This document shows positions 40,608 to 50,134 of a stretch of 64,000 nucleotides of DNA, in pieces. Positions within the stretch are counted from its first letter, which is position 1, and each line of letters starts with the position of its first letter. The notes below the pieces were generated by a model. The model was not told where the DNA came from. It searched no databases and saw only the letters and a list, made by a program, of their open reading frames with translations. The translations under genes and the position numbers were made by a program. This DNA comes from a virus. The stretch spans positions 9,727 through 73,726 of the IMG/VR virus record IMGVR_UViG_3300044729_003379, one strand, 5' to 3'.

Positions 40608-41663
40608 ATGAAAGCTTTAATTACAGGAGTTACAGGCCAAGATGGAAGTTTTATGGCGGACTTCCTTCTTAAAAATACAAACCTTGACGTTATTGGAACG
40701 GCAAGAAGACTAAGCGTTCCAAACCACGAAAATATCAAACACTTGAAAGATGAAAAAAGATTCCGCCTAATTGATTTAGATGTAACTGATAGCGAAAATA
40801 TTTCAGAAGTTATTCAAAAAGAAAAACCAGATTATTTTATCAACTTTGCCGCGAATTCTTTTGTTGGCAACAGTTGGTCAATGCCAGTAAACCACATGCA
40901 AACAAACTGTATTGCTGTTTTGCATCAGTTGGAGGCTATTAAAAAACATGCTCCGCATTGTAGGTATTACAATGCGGGTTCTTCTGAGCAGTTTGGTGAC
41001 GTTAACTATTGTCCACAAGACATTAATCACCCATTTAAACCAAGGTCTCCATACGGAGTAGCAAAAAGCGCAGCCCATCATTTGGTAAAGGTTTATAGGG
41101 AATCTTTTGATCTTTACGCAGTTCAAGGAATCCTATTTAATCACGAAGGAATTAGAAGAGGGGAAGAATTTGTTACTAGAAAGATAACAAAAAATGTTGC
41201 AAGAATTTATCATTCAATAAAAAACGGACAACCCTTTTCTCCACTTAAAGTTGGCAACATCTTCTCAGAAAGAGATTGGAGTGACGCGGAGGATTTTGTT
41301 GAAGGAATTTGGTTAATGTTAAACCAAGAAAAACCAAAGGATTACATCCTGTCTTCAAACGAATGCTACCAAATAAAAGAATTTATAGAATTGGCATTTA
41401 GTGCGGCAAAAATAGAAGGACAGTGGGTTGGTCTTGGGGAGAACATGAAATATATAATTCCAAATTATATTTTAGAGATCAGCAACTTAAATAGTCTTGT
41501 TTTAGTTGAAATCGATAAAGATTTTTATAGACCAGCAGAGGTTGATATCCTTTTAGGAGATTCAACTCCAGCAAGAGAAGAGCTTGGGTGGAAACCAAAA
41601 ACCTGTTTTTATGATTTGGTAAAAAAGATGGTTGACAACGACATAAAACAGTATATAATATGA
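40608..41663 (+). CDS. gmd: GDP-mannose 4,6-dehydratase
   Basis: ALITGVTGQDGS, SSE.FG, PRSPYGVAK, GILFNHE, FVTRKIT, RDW and YRPAEVDILLGD. Confidence 0.95.
   Translation: MKALITGVTGQDGSFMADFLLKNTNLDVIGTARRLSVPNHENIKHLKDEKRFRLIDLDVTDSENISEVIQKEKPDYFINFAANSFVGNSWSMPVNHMQTNCIAVLHQLEAIKKHAPHCRYYNAGSSEQFGDVNYCPQDINHPFKPRSPYGVAKSAAHHLVKVYRESFDLYAVQGILFNHEGIRRGEEFVTRKITKNVARIYHSIKNGQPFSPLKVGNIFSERDWSDAEDFVEGIWLMLNQEKPKDYILSSNECYQIKEFIELAFSAAKIEGQWVGLGENMKYIIPNYILEISNLNSLVLVEIDKDFYRPAEVDILLGDSTPAREELGWKPKTCFYDLVKKMVDNDIKQYII
41632..41659 (+). promoter_or_regulatory. Sigma70-type promoter of the replication operon
   Basis: TTGACA-16-TATAAT, 7 nt before ATG 41667. Confidence 0.65.
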
Positions 41664-41666
41664 TAT

Positions 41667-42002
41667 ATGTCGAAGTCTCCTACGTTCTTCCAAGAGCGAA
41701 AGAATTTTATATCCCGTATGATCAAGCCGGGATCAAAAGTTCTCTATGCTAGAGAACAAAAGTTTGCTAAACAAATATTTGAAGAATGGCCTGTTGACTT
41801 TTTAAATAAAGTTAAACCTCCATTTGAAATGAATTCTATTGGTTGGTTTATAACCAAAGAAGGAAAAAAGTATTTGAAATTAAAACTCATGGAGTTTAAT
41901 TATAAACCAGAATCCGCCGAAATTATCAAAGGATACGAAAAAGTTGGCGAAGATTGGAACGGAGAATTCACAAGAAAATCATTAAGAAAGTTTTTATCAT
42001 AA
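41667..42002 (+). CDS. Hypothetical protein
   Basis: 111 aa ORF with own promoter. Confidence 0.6.
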   Translation: MSKSPTFFQERKNFISRMIKPGSKVLYAREQKFAKQIFEEWPVDFLNKVKPPFEMNSIGWFITKEGKKYLKLKLMEFNYKPESAEIIKGYEKVGEDWNGEFTRKSLRKFLS

Positions 42003-42003
42003 C

Positions 42004-43074
42004 ATGGATACATCAAAAAAACAATTAGAAAACTTCCTAAACAAAAACAAAAGCGATCACTTTAATTTCCAAGATACAATTAATTGGATTTGTCCAACTG
42101 GTTCTTTATTATTTGATTCGCAATTAGGAGGAGGTTATAAGCCGGGAGCTTATAAAGTCAATGGAGCTTCTTTTGCTGGAAAGACGCATTGTGTCTTAAA
42201 TTGCATCAAGAATGCGCTTGATATAATTCCTAAAGCAAAGGGCTTATGGATTGATGCAGAAGGAAGGCTTGACAAAGATATTAAAGAAAGGGCAGGTATT
42301 AGCTTTGTTTATGATGCCTCTGAATGGGAAGTTGGAACCTGTTTTGTTCTTCAAACAAACATTTTCGAAACAGCAATCAACTTAATTAATGATCTTGTAA
42401 AAAATAACGTTGATGATAATAGGTATATTATGTGCATCGATTCCATGGACTGTCTGATTAGAAGAGATGATGAATCAAAGACAGCAGAAGAGGCAGGAAA
42501 AGTTGGAGCAGCCGGATTGTTAACATCTTTGATGTTTAAAAAGGCAAACCTTGTCCTTAATAAGAAGGGTCATTGTTTGTTCATGATTAATCAATTAAGA
42601 TCATCGATTGATGTTAGCCAATATACTCCGAAGGATCAAAATGCGAGCGTTGGAGGGGGTGGAACAAACGCACCAGTTCACGCGGCTAATCAAATTTGGA
42701 ATTTCTTAGGAAGAACAAAGAGTTCTACAATCTTTGATGGAGATACAACTCTTGGACATTATTGTAGGATTAAAATCTCTAAGGGGGTTCAAGAAAGAAC
42801 AGATGTGAGCATTAGCTATCCAGTTCGTCATGGAAGAAAGGGAGGAACATCTGTTTGGAAAGAATATGAAATTATAGACCTCCTTCTTCAATGGGGATTT
42901 CTTGAAAAGAAAGGTTCATGGATTAATTCTGATTCAGAGCTTACCAAGTTTCTTGGAGAAGAATTTAAGGCACAAGGCATGACAAAAACTTATCAAATGT
43001 TGGAAGAAGATACTGGTTTGTGCGGAAAAATGGAAGAGTTCTGTAAAGAAAACATTTTCGATAAAATGAAATGA
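42004..43074 (+). CDS. recA: RecA/UvsX-like recombinase
   Basis: TGSLLFD..LGGG, Walker A GASFAGKT, WIDAEG, IDS, INQLR and GGG motifs. Confidence 0.85.
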   Translation: MDTSKKQLENFLNKNKSDHFNFQDTINWICPTGSLLFDSQLGGGYKPGAYKVNGASFAGKTHCVLNCIKNALDIIPKAKGLWIDAEGRLDKDIKERAGISFVYDASEWEVGTCFVLQTNIFETAINLINDLVKNNVDDNRYIMCIDSMDCLIRRDDESKTAEEAGKVGAAGLLTSLMFKKANLVLNKKGHCLFMINQLRSSIDVSQYTPKDQNASVGGGGTNAPVHAANQIWNFLGRTKSSTIFDGDTTLGHYCRIKISKGVQERTDVSISYPVRHGRKGGTSVWKEYEIIDLLLQWGFLEKKGSWINSDSELTKFLGEEFKAQGMTKTYQMLEEDTGLCGKMEEFCKENIFDKMK

Positions 43075-43472
43075 TTTTTAAAAATCACAGAGGAAAAGAA
43101 ATTAAGGTAGCAAAAGCCAATAAATATAAGATTGATTGGGACTCTGGTTGCCGTTCTAAAATACAAAAACAAGTAAAGGACATTTTATACAAATATTGGA
43201 AAGGAGATTTGGTCTACGAAGAATTTCCTGTGGCTGGAACAAGATTAACGCTTGACTTTTACAATGCTTCGTGCAATATTGCGATAGAAGTCGATGGAAT
43301 GCAGCATTATCAGTATAATGAATTCTTTCACAATAAAAATAGAAACAATTTTTTGGAACAATTAAAAAGAGATGATTTTAAAGAGAGTTTTTGTTCAACA
43401 AATTCAATTACTCTTTATAGAATTAGAGAAGACAAAAACGTGCAAGAACAAATAAACAATTTAAAACTATGA
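43071..43472 (+). CDS. DUF559/Vsr-like endonuclease
   Basis: LDFY...IAIEVDGMQHY...RDDFK..FC. Confidence 0.75.
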   Translation: MIFKNHRGKEIKVAKANKYKIDWDSGCRSKIQKQVKDILYKYWKGDLVYEEFPVAGTRLTLDFYNASCNIAIEVDGMQHYQYNEFFHNKNRNNFLEQLKRDDFKESFCSTNSITLYRIREDKNVQEQINNLKL

Positions 43473-43714
43473 ATAATGAAGAAGAGGAAGATGGAAATGA
43501 TGAACTTGAGGTTTTTTCCGAATCTCTATTATGTAAAATTTATGATAGCACAGGGAACAAGAGAGGATGCAATAAGGGATTCTTGATGTTCATGGTAAAC
43601 CACAATGGAGAGATTATTTATGTGTCAAAGTTCTCAGACACGGTAACACAAATTGCTTTAACAGAAACCGCTAAAAAAATCCTGTTAGAAGAAGATTTCC
43701 AAGAAGATGATTAA
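43469..43714 (+). CDS. Hypothetical protein
   Basis: Coupled ORF within the operon. Confidence 0.55.
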   Translation: MNNEEEEDGNDELEVFSESLLCKIYDSTGNKRGCNKGFLMFMVNHNGEIIYVSKFSDTVTQIALTETAKKILLEEDFQEDD

Positions 43715-45248
43715 GTCGTTCGAATTAGAAAGAAAGGTTTTATCTGGGCTTTTACAGCACCCAAAATCTTGGTCTGAAGTTTCAACTTTCTTGGTTGAAG
43801 AAGACTTCTACGCTGAAGACAGCAAGGTTCATATAACCTTGTTTAAGATGATTAGGAATGCATTAAATAGTAAAGAAGCTATTGATGACACCATTCTGAT
43901 TGATCGTCTAGCCAGACTCAATACGACTTTTCCAGATTCTATTGATCGAGACGAATACATTAGGTCTTTGGTTTTCAATAAAATTTCAACAGATGTTTTC
44001 TTAAACTCAGTCAAAGAGCTTAAAAAATACACCTTCAAACGAAAGGCTTTAAACATTTGTAATAAAATAGAACAATTCACAAAAACAGTAGACCCATCAA
44101 AACCCTATTCTTTTATTGTAGAAGAAATTGATAGAATTTACAATAATGATATTCGTGGATTTGAAATGGGAGAAGCCAAACTTGTAAATTTGGCCAAGAT
44201 TGCAGAAGAGATTATTGAAGACAGGGGAGACAATCCACCAGAAGAAGTTGGGGCAATGGGTCCATTCCCAACCATTAATAAAATTTATGGTTCTCTTGTG
44301 AGGCCGGGGAACTGCACTTGTTTTGCCGCTAGAGCTAAAAGTGGAAAAACCACGTTAATGATAGATATGTTATTGAAGATCTCTTACGAAAATAAGTTGC
44401 CGATTCTGCATTTCGATAATGGGGAAATGAGTGAAGAGGAACTCGTTTTTAGAATGGTCTCTGGAATATCTGGTGTTCCCGTTTATCTTCTTGAAAGTGG
44501 CAAATGGAGAACTCACGGATACAAGGATCTTTCCGCCAAGGAAGTCGTTAGCCGTGTTCGGGCGGTATGGGAAAGAATGAAGGGTATCACGATTCTTTAT
44601 GAGAACGTAGCAGGAATGACATCGGAAGAGATGGTCTCCCTTCTTAAAAGAATTTACTTTTCAGAAATTGGAAGAGGCAATCCTCTCATCTTTTCCTTTG
44701 ACTATCTCAAGACAGATTTCAACAATCTAGGAAAAGGTTCTGATTGGGCTTTTGTTGGAAAACTACTCCACCATTTTAAACAAACAATTAGCAGAGAACT
44801 CAAATTCGACGGTAAACCAACAGTAGCTATGGTAACGTCTGTTCAAACAAACAGGTCTGGCATTGTTACAAATAGAAATTCGGATACAGTTGTCGATGAC
44901 GAAAGCGTTATTGCGTTATCTGACAACATCATTCAATTCGTTTCTCACCTATTCCTTCTTAGGAAGAAGACAATGGATGAAATTGTTGAAGAAGGACCAG
45001 AGTTTGGCACCCACAAGTTAAAATGCTTGGCAGCAAGACATTTAGGAGAAGATTCTTTTGGTCACATTAATCCTGTTGATTGGGTTGATGGTAGCAAAAA
45101 AGATAATTGGATCAACTTAAAATTTGACAACTTTAATGTTGAAGAAAAGGGCGATGCTCGCGATATTATTAGAGCAATAAACGGAGAAGATGTTGGAGCA
45201 ATTAGATCAATGGGGGCAGAAAATGAACTTCCAGAATCTTTAAGATGA
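43707..45248 (+). CDS. dnaB: Replicative DNA helicase (DnaB family)
   Basis: N-terminal ERKVLSGLL...DFY; Walker A ARAKSGKT; GEMS; DYL; Q.NR. Confidence 0.9.
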   Translation: MIKSFELERKVLSGLLQHPKSWSEVSTFLVEEDFYAEDSKVHITLFKMIRNALNSKEAIDDTILIDRLARLNTTFPDSIDRDEYIRSLVFNKISTDVFLNSVKELKKYTFKRKALNICNKIEQFTKTVDPSKPYSFIVEEIDRIYNNDIRGFEMGEAKLVNLAKIAEEIIEDRGDNPPEEVGAMGPFPTINKIYGSLVRPGNCTCFAARAKSGKTTLMIDMLLKISYENKLPILHFDNGEMSEEELVFRMVSGISGVPVYLLESGKWRTHGYKDLSAKEVVSRVRAVWERMKGITILYENVAGMTSEEMVSLLKRIYFSEIGRGNPLIFSFDYLKTDFNNLGKGSDWAFVGKLLHHFKQTISRELKFDGKPTVAMVTSVQTNRSGIVTNRNSDTVVDDESVIALSDNIIQFVSHLFLLRKKTMDEIVEEGPEFGTHKLKCLAARHLGEDSFGHINPVDWVDGSKKDNWINLKFDNFNVEEKGDARDIIRAINGEDVGAIRSMGAENELPESLR

Positions 45249-46258
45249 CCGATTATGGATCAATTTTAAGAAACATAGGCTATAATCTGATCGATAGGGG
45301 TTCTTATTGGCAGACAAACGCTATCTTCCGCAATGGAGACAACAAAACATCAATCAGAATTTACAAAGACACCGGAGTTTGGAGCGACTTTGTTGAAGGA
45401 AACAAACCTCTCCCATTCGAAACATTACTAAAGAAAACATTAAAGACAAATGATGTATCAAAATACATAGAACAACAAAATACGTCATTTACCTTTTACA
45501 AAAAAATAGATAAACTTTTGAAAGAAGAAAAAACATTTCACGATAGTTGCTTAAAAAAACTATTACCAGACAGGCACTATTTTGAGTCAAGAGGCATCCC
45601 TAGTTGGGTTCAAGAAGAATACCAATGCGGGTTGGCAACTTCTGGCAAGCTATATCAACGCATCGTTTTTCCAGTTAGGAGAAATGATGGGAAAATACAT
45701 GGATTCATTGGCAGAAAGGTTGTAGACAACAAACCAGAATCTCCAAAGTGGTTGAATTTTGGAAAAACCTGTGATTGGTTTTATCCATATTTTTCTGTAG
45801 AAGGCGTTGAGGAACAAATAGAAGAAGAAAAGAGGGTTTTTGTAATAGAATCTATCGGAGATTCTATGTCTTTATATAGATCGGGTGTAAAGAACAACAT
45901 CGTTTGTTTTACAAACAATATTAAACCAAAAATAACATCGAGATTATCAAATCTTTCGGTAGATATTGTTTTATCATTAAATAATGATTCTGGCCAAAAC
46001 AGAGGATTCGACGGGGCTTTGGCAAGTTTTATAAAACTTGCTGATACAATCGATTTAGAAAGAATATGGTTTTGTCCACCTCCAGTTGAAGATTTTGGAA
46101 TGATGAATGATCAACAAATTCGTGAATGGAGAAGTTCTTTAGATTTTTCAAATTCTTCGAAGGAGTCTCTTCTTCAATTGATTGGTTATGCTCCAAAAGC
46201 AAAACTTGCAGCAAACTTGCTTCCAAAATTAAAGAAAATAGAAAAAAGCTTGGAATGA
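45245..46258 (+). CDS. dnaG: DNA primase (DnaG/TOPRIM)
   Basis: YFESRGI, RIVFPV, GFIGR, PKW.N and TOPRIM VIESIGD; follows the helicase. Confidence 0.8.
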   Translation: MTDYGSILRNIGYNLIDRGSYWQTNAIFRNGDNKTSIRIYKDTGVWSDFVEGNKPLPFETLLKKTLKTNDVSKYIEQQNTSFTFYKKIDKLLKEEKTFHDSCLKKLLPDRHYFESRGIPSWVQEEYQCGLATSGKLYQRIVFPVRRNDGKIHGFIGRKVVDNKPESPKWLNFGKTCDWFYPYFSVEGVEEQIEEEKRVFVIESIGDSMSLYRSGVKNNIVCFTNNIKPKITSRLSNLSVDIVLSLNNDSGQNRGFDGALASFIKLADTIDLERIWFCPPPVEDFGMMNDQQIREWRSSLDFSNSSKESLLQLIGYAPKAKLAANLLPKLKKIEKSLE

Positions 46259-47307
46259 AGAACTATTTGTCTGCATCAAAGATCAAAAAACTACAAGAAT
46301 GTAGTTGGCAATATTATTGTCGTTATATATTGAAACTTCCAGACGACTCCAATGACGGAGCAAAAATGGGATCGATTTGTCATAATGTTTTTGAATATCT
46401 TGGAAAAGATAAACATAAAAGACATTTCAATAAAATAATTAAAGCCGAAACAATTAAGGGAAGTGAAGTTGTCAGTAGATATGTAAATATTTGTGCCAAT
46501 AAAGAAAGTGTCAATTCAGAGACCCACCTTACTTTAATTGATAAAATGATTTTAGAAGGACTCAAGTATGATTTCTATGGAAAGAAACTTGGAAAACCAA
46601 TTGAAGCCTTGTCTGAAATTGACTTCGATTTAACGATAGACGAGAAAGATAAGAAATACAGAATCGTTGGATTTATTGATAAGTTGTTCTTATATAAGAA
46701 TGGAGCGGTTATAATCCGAGACTTCAAAAGTTCAAAGAAGAAGTTTGAGGGAAAGGAAGTTTATGATAACGTGCAAGACTTGATGTATAGACTTGCCGTT
46801 AAAAAGCTATACCCAGAACATTATAATCCAAAGATGGAATTCGTCTTTCTTCAATTTTCATGTGAAAATGGAGACGGTATTATTGAAACACCTAGCGTTT
46901 GCGATAAAGAATTAGAAGGTTTTGAATATTTCCTTACAGACGTTCAAAATGTCGTTGATCATTTTGACGAAAAGATAGCCACACAAAACATGGCCTATGA
47001 CAAAGGTTATGTAAACAAGGACCAAGGTTTCTCAGGAAGATTAGTTTGTGGAAGATCAGATCATCCAGAAGAAAAGAAAATAGATGGAACGAACAAATGG
47101 TATTGCAGAATGAAGTTCCCCTTCTTTTATTGGGTTTTATTAGACGAAAAAAATAACATAATCAATTCTGCAAAAACTGAGGAAGAATTGGGTTTTCCTG
47201 CAAAAAACCAGAGAATAGAAAAAAGATTCTACAAGGGATGCCCTAAGTTTAAATTTCTTGAATACTCTCAAGAAATGAATATGAAAGCAAAAAACGAAGG
47301 ATTTTAA
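46255..47307 (+). CDS. PD-(D/E)XK nuclease (RecB/AddB/Cas4-like exonuclease)
   Basis: LSASKI...C...YY, G...H..FE, GFIDKL, IRDFKS and Q...Y; likely start MKNYLS at 46255. Confidence 0.85.
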   Translation: MKNYLSASKIKKLQECSWQYYCRYILKLPDDSNDGAKMGSICHNVFEYLGKDKHKRHFNKIIKAETIKGSEVVSRYVNICANKESVNSETHLTLIDKMILEGLKYDFYGKKLGKPIEALSEIDFDLTIDEKDKKYRIVGFIDKLFLYKNGAVIIRDFKSSKKKFEGKEVYDNVQDLMYRLAVKKLYPEHYNPKMEFVFLQFSCENGDGIIETPSVCDKELEGFEYFLTDVQNVVDHFDEKIATQNMAYDKGYVNKDQGFSGRLVCGRSDHPEEKKIDGTNKWYCRMKFPFFYWVLLDEKNNIINSAKTEEELGFPAKNQRIEKRFYKGCPKFKFLEYSQEMNMKAKNEGF

Positions 47308-47317
47308 CAAAAAATAC

Positions 47318-47345
47318 TTGACTTCCTAAAGAAAGATGGTATTAT
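47318..47345 (+). promoter_or_regulatory. Sigma70-type promoter
   Basis: TTGACT-16-TATTAT, 7 nt before ATG 47353. Confidence 0.6.
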
Positions 47346-47352
47346 TTCGTAT

Positions 47353-47631
47353 ATGAAAATCTCTGAATATAAAATTGCTCGCGCAAAACTCTACATGACA
47401 GAGGACGATAAGAAAGTCCTTGAAGAACAAATTAAGGAAAACAAAATTTCACCAGAAATGAAAAGCCGTTTGGATTCTTTGATTTTTAGACTACTTCCAA
47501 AACGTCTTCGTAGAAAGAATGGGTGTTTCGGAAGCCCCGGCCTCAATCGAAAAGAAAAGAGAAAGAAATTAATTCAACAAAAGATTCAAGAAATCGTTGA
47601 TCAACAAAAAGAAGAAGAGTCTAAAGAATGA
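47353..47631 (+). CDS. Hypothetical basic protein
   Basis: 92 aa ORF with own promoter. Confidence 0.6.
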   Translation: MKISEYKIARAKLYMTEDDKKVLEEQIKENKISPEMKSRLDSLIFRLLPKRLRRKNGCFGSPGLNRKEKRKKLIQQKIQEIVDQQKEEESKE

Positions 47632-48293
47632 TTCCTATTTTTAAGTCTCATTTTTCTATCGGAAGATCTATTCTTAATTTAGAAAAGATTTTCGAATACG
47701 ATCAAGACAAGATCGTATTGGTAGAAGATTCTATGGCTAGTTTTCGTAAGGCCAAAAAGACGGCCCTTAAAGCAAAAAAAAGATTCATATTTGGTCTTCG
47801 GTTGGAAGTAAAAAGCGACGGCGACAGCAGCAAGTTGATCTTCTTCGCGAAAAGCAATAAGGGAATAGATTCTCTTCGCCGTATTTATACGAAAACGTTC
47901 ACCGAACAAAATGGGGTTTACCAATTAAACAAAGAGGATCTTCAAGAGATAGAAATTGCTGTTCCATTTTATGACTCTTTTTTGCATAAGTCTATTCATA
48001 ATTTTGGTTGCTTTGAATTAGATTTACCGGAAAACGTTACTTTTTTTGTTGAGAGAAATAATCATCCGTTTGATTTTCAAATAGAAAATGCAATCAACAA
48101 ATTTGGAGGAAAAACTGTTTTAGTAAAGTCCATCTTTTACGACAAGAAAGAAGATTTCAAAGCCTTTCAATTTTGTAAAGCAATTTGTAATAGAAAAATA
48201 GGTAGGTCTCCCGTATTTAACAGGCCAGAATTAGAAGAATGTTCTAGTGATGAATTTTGTTGGGAGTCCTTGCAAGAATATAGCAAGCAATAG
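47628..48293 (+). CDS. Stand-alone PHP domain of DNA polymerase III alpha
   Basis: KSHFS.G.SI, FIFGLRL and LIFFAKSNKG..SL match the DnaE N-terminal PHP domain; metal ligands look degenerate. Confidence 0.7.
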   Translation: MIPIFKSHFSIGRSILNLEKIFEYDQDKIVLVEDSMASFRKAKKTALKAKKRFIFGLRLEVKSDGDSSKLIFFAKSNKGIDSLRRIYTKTFTEQNGVYQLNKEDLQEIEIAVPFYDSFLHKSIHNFGCFELDLPENVTFFVERNNHPFDFQIENAINKFGGKTVLVKSIFYDKKEDFKAFQFCKAICNRKIGRSPVFNRPELEECSSDEFCWESLQEYSKQ

Positions 48294-48311
48294 TAAACGT
48301 GTTTTTAATTT

Positions 48312-48572
48312 ATGAATATTACGAAAACCCAATGGAAGGGACTGCAAAAAGAATGGTTCGATTGCGAATACGCGGCCATGCAACCTGTGGACGCGGTGCG
48401 TATGCGGTTGACCAACGAAACCAACGAGGTCGAGCGGCTGGCAAACGGAATTGCGCTGGCGCTGCACAAAAATCGACACTTGGCGGATGGCGATAATTGC
48501 ACACTCATCGACTTAAAGCGACTGGTCCCAGACTGGGAAGCGCGTCTGTTTTATCTTCTGCCTAACAATTAG
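48312..48572 (+). CDS. GC-rich hypothetical protein, cassette-like
   Basis: Codon usage (CTG, GCG, CGG) differs from neighbours; stop lies inside an attC-like hairpin. Confidence 0.55.
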   Translation: MNITKTQWKGLQKEWFDCEYAAMQPVDAVRMRLTNETNEVERLANGIALALHKNRHLADGDNCTLIDLKRLVPDWEARLFYLLPNN

Positions 48573-48611
48573 ATCAGACTTCCAAAGGATAGTCTGTATC
48601 GAAAGTTCCAG
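48560..48611 (-). mobile_element. attC-like recombination site
   Basis: AAC/GTT ends, imperfect hairpin with two bulged bases 6 bp apart, minus-strand end GTTAGGC matches GTTRRRY. Confidence 0.5.
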
Positions 48612-48669
48612 ATTGTAAAGTTTGTAGAAAAAAGTCTTGACAACAGCAAAATTTGTGATACATCATATC

Positions 48670-49149
48670 ATGAATATACACAATACAATTTTAACCTCAG
48701 TTAAAGATCAAGATGATTATGGGTGTTTTGAATTCGAAACAAAGAAATTCTCAGACTTGTCTAAAGTTGAGCTACAATCTATTTTGAATTACATTCTTAG
48801 TCTTAATATAGATCAAGAAACAATTCTCAACAGAAACGGCTTTTATTCCTTAGAACAGGTCAAAGAGAAGAAGGGGTTGAAGTTCACAAATAAAGACGAT
48901 ATTTTCTACAGAAGGAATTATAATTTTGAAAAAATTACTCTTGGCAAAAAATTAAACGACTATCAATTAGAAGAACTCAGTCAGTGGAAACAGGTCTTTG
49001 TTTTAGTTGAAATGCCTAAAGAAATCAAAGATCAACTTGAAGTTTTCGAACAAAAGAAAAAGGAAAAGAAAAAGAAATTAGAAGAAGCCAAGAAAACAAG
49101 AGAAATAAAAAAGGCCAAAAAACTTCTAGAGCAATATGGGGAAAAATAA
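48670..49149 (+). CDS. Hypothetical protein
   Basis: ATG 48670 downstream of TTGACA (48637); lysine-rich C-terminus. Confidence 0.6.
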   Translation: MNIHNTILTSVKDQDDYGCFEFETKKFSDLSKVELQSILNYILSLNIDQETILNRNGFYSLEQVKEKKGLKFTNKDDIFYRRNYNFEKITLGKKLNDYQLEELSQWKQVFVLVEMPKEIKDQLEVFEQKKKEKKKKLEEAKKTREIKKAKKLLEQYGEK

Positions 49150-49150
49150 A

Positions 49151-49528
49151 ATGACATTATACGCAATTATAATCAAAGATACTCAAGAACTTTTAAACCC
49201 CAAAACATTTAAAAGTTATTGGAAAAATTATGGTAATAATAGTTTATATGGATGGAGGGTTCCAAAAAAAGTTTATGATTCCATTGGAAGAGCTAAAGCT
49301 GGATTTTCTCATGTTCCAGAAGAAATGAAAGATAAATTAGCCATCGCAGAATTTAAGATTTCAGACATTCTTATTGAAGGGACGGAATTAAAAAAGATTC
49401 AAGATGAAAAAAAAGAAAGGCAAGAAAAAGAAAGGGAGCAGAGAAATTTGAGATATAAATTAGAAAGAGCAGAAAAAGAATTAAAACAAGCCGAAGAAAA
49501 TCTGAGGAATCTTCTTGACAAATCATAA
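49151..49528 (+). CDS. Hypothetical protein with C-terminal coiled coil
   Basis: Likely start MTLYAII. Confidence 0.6.
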   Translation: MTLYAIIIKDTQELLNPKTFKSYWKNYGNNSLYGWRVPKKVYDSIGRAKAGFSHVPEEMKDKLAIAEFKISDILIEGTELKKIQDEKKERQEKEREQRNLRYKLERAEKELKQAEENLRNLLDKS

Positions 49529-49547
49529 GAAAGCATTATATTGAATC

Positions 49548-49913
49548 ATGCCATGTAACTGCGATCATTTAAAGGCAACCCAACTTGAGGTTGAAACCAG
49601 CAAAGTAGCCTGTCTTTTGGGAGAACTAAGAGGGGTTAAAATTAATAAACATTCTTGGGAGGGATACCACCCAGATGTTTACGGAAATGTTGATAAGAAA
49701 CTAGCCGATAAACTTACGAAGGAACTTTGTTCAATCCTTCAAAAAGAAGACGTTTCAAAATATAGTCTCGAAATGCAAATTTGGTGGAGAGACCACCAAG
49801 AGGCTGATAGAAAGAGAATTGAGAAAGAGTTTAAAGAAAAAAAAGACAAAGAAGCAAAAAACAAAGCATTATCAAAATTGTCCGAATACGAGAAAAGGCT
49901 TTTGGGACTATGA
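49548..49913 (+). CDS. Hypothetical protein
   Basis: MPC...LC...WWRDHQEAD pattern; own promoter TTGACA-16-TATATT. Confidence 0.65.
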   Translation: MPCNCDHLKATQLEVETSKVACLLGELRGVKINKHSWEGYHPDVYGNVDKKLADKLTKELCSILQKEDVSKYSLEMQIWWRDHQEADRKRIEKEFKEKKDKEAKNKALSKLSEYEKRLLGL

Positions 49914-50107
49914 AATTAAATCTGACAATCTTAATTATCTCGTTGGCTTTAACAGGATGTGAACGTCCAACAACCCAACAAAGATGCAATCATAAATTCT
50001 CAAATTGGGGAGAACCAATTACTCATACAAATTGGAATGGATCAATTTCTAAACAATTTAGATCGTGTTCTTTGTGTGGAGAGGCAGAAAGTCGAATGAT
50101 TTTTTAA
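49910..50107 (+). CDS. Small lipoprotein with C/H zinc-ribbon-like motif
   Basis: Lipobox LTGC; CNH...CSLC. Confidence 0.55.
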   Translation: MKLNLTILIISLALTGCERPTTQQRCNHKFSNWGEPITHTNWNGSISKQFRSCSLCGEAESRMIF

Positions 50108-50134
50108 TTTTGGAACATCAAATAGAAAAAGACA

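Noticed and set aside
46255-47307. CRISPR-associated cas4
   Set aside because: No cas1/cas2 or array; position in the replication operon fits a phage recombination exonuclease
48299-48508. Alternative overlapping ORFs in the GC-rich island
   Set aside because: Stop-poor frames are expected in GC-rich DNA; 48312-48572 has an ATG in AT-rich context and ends at the hairpin
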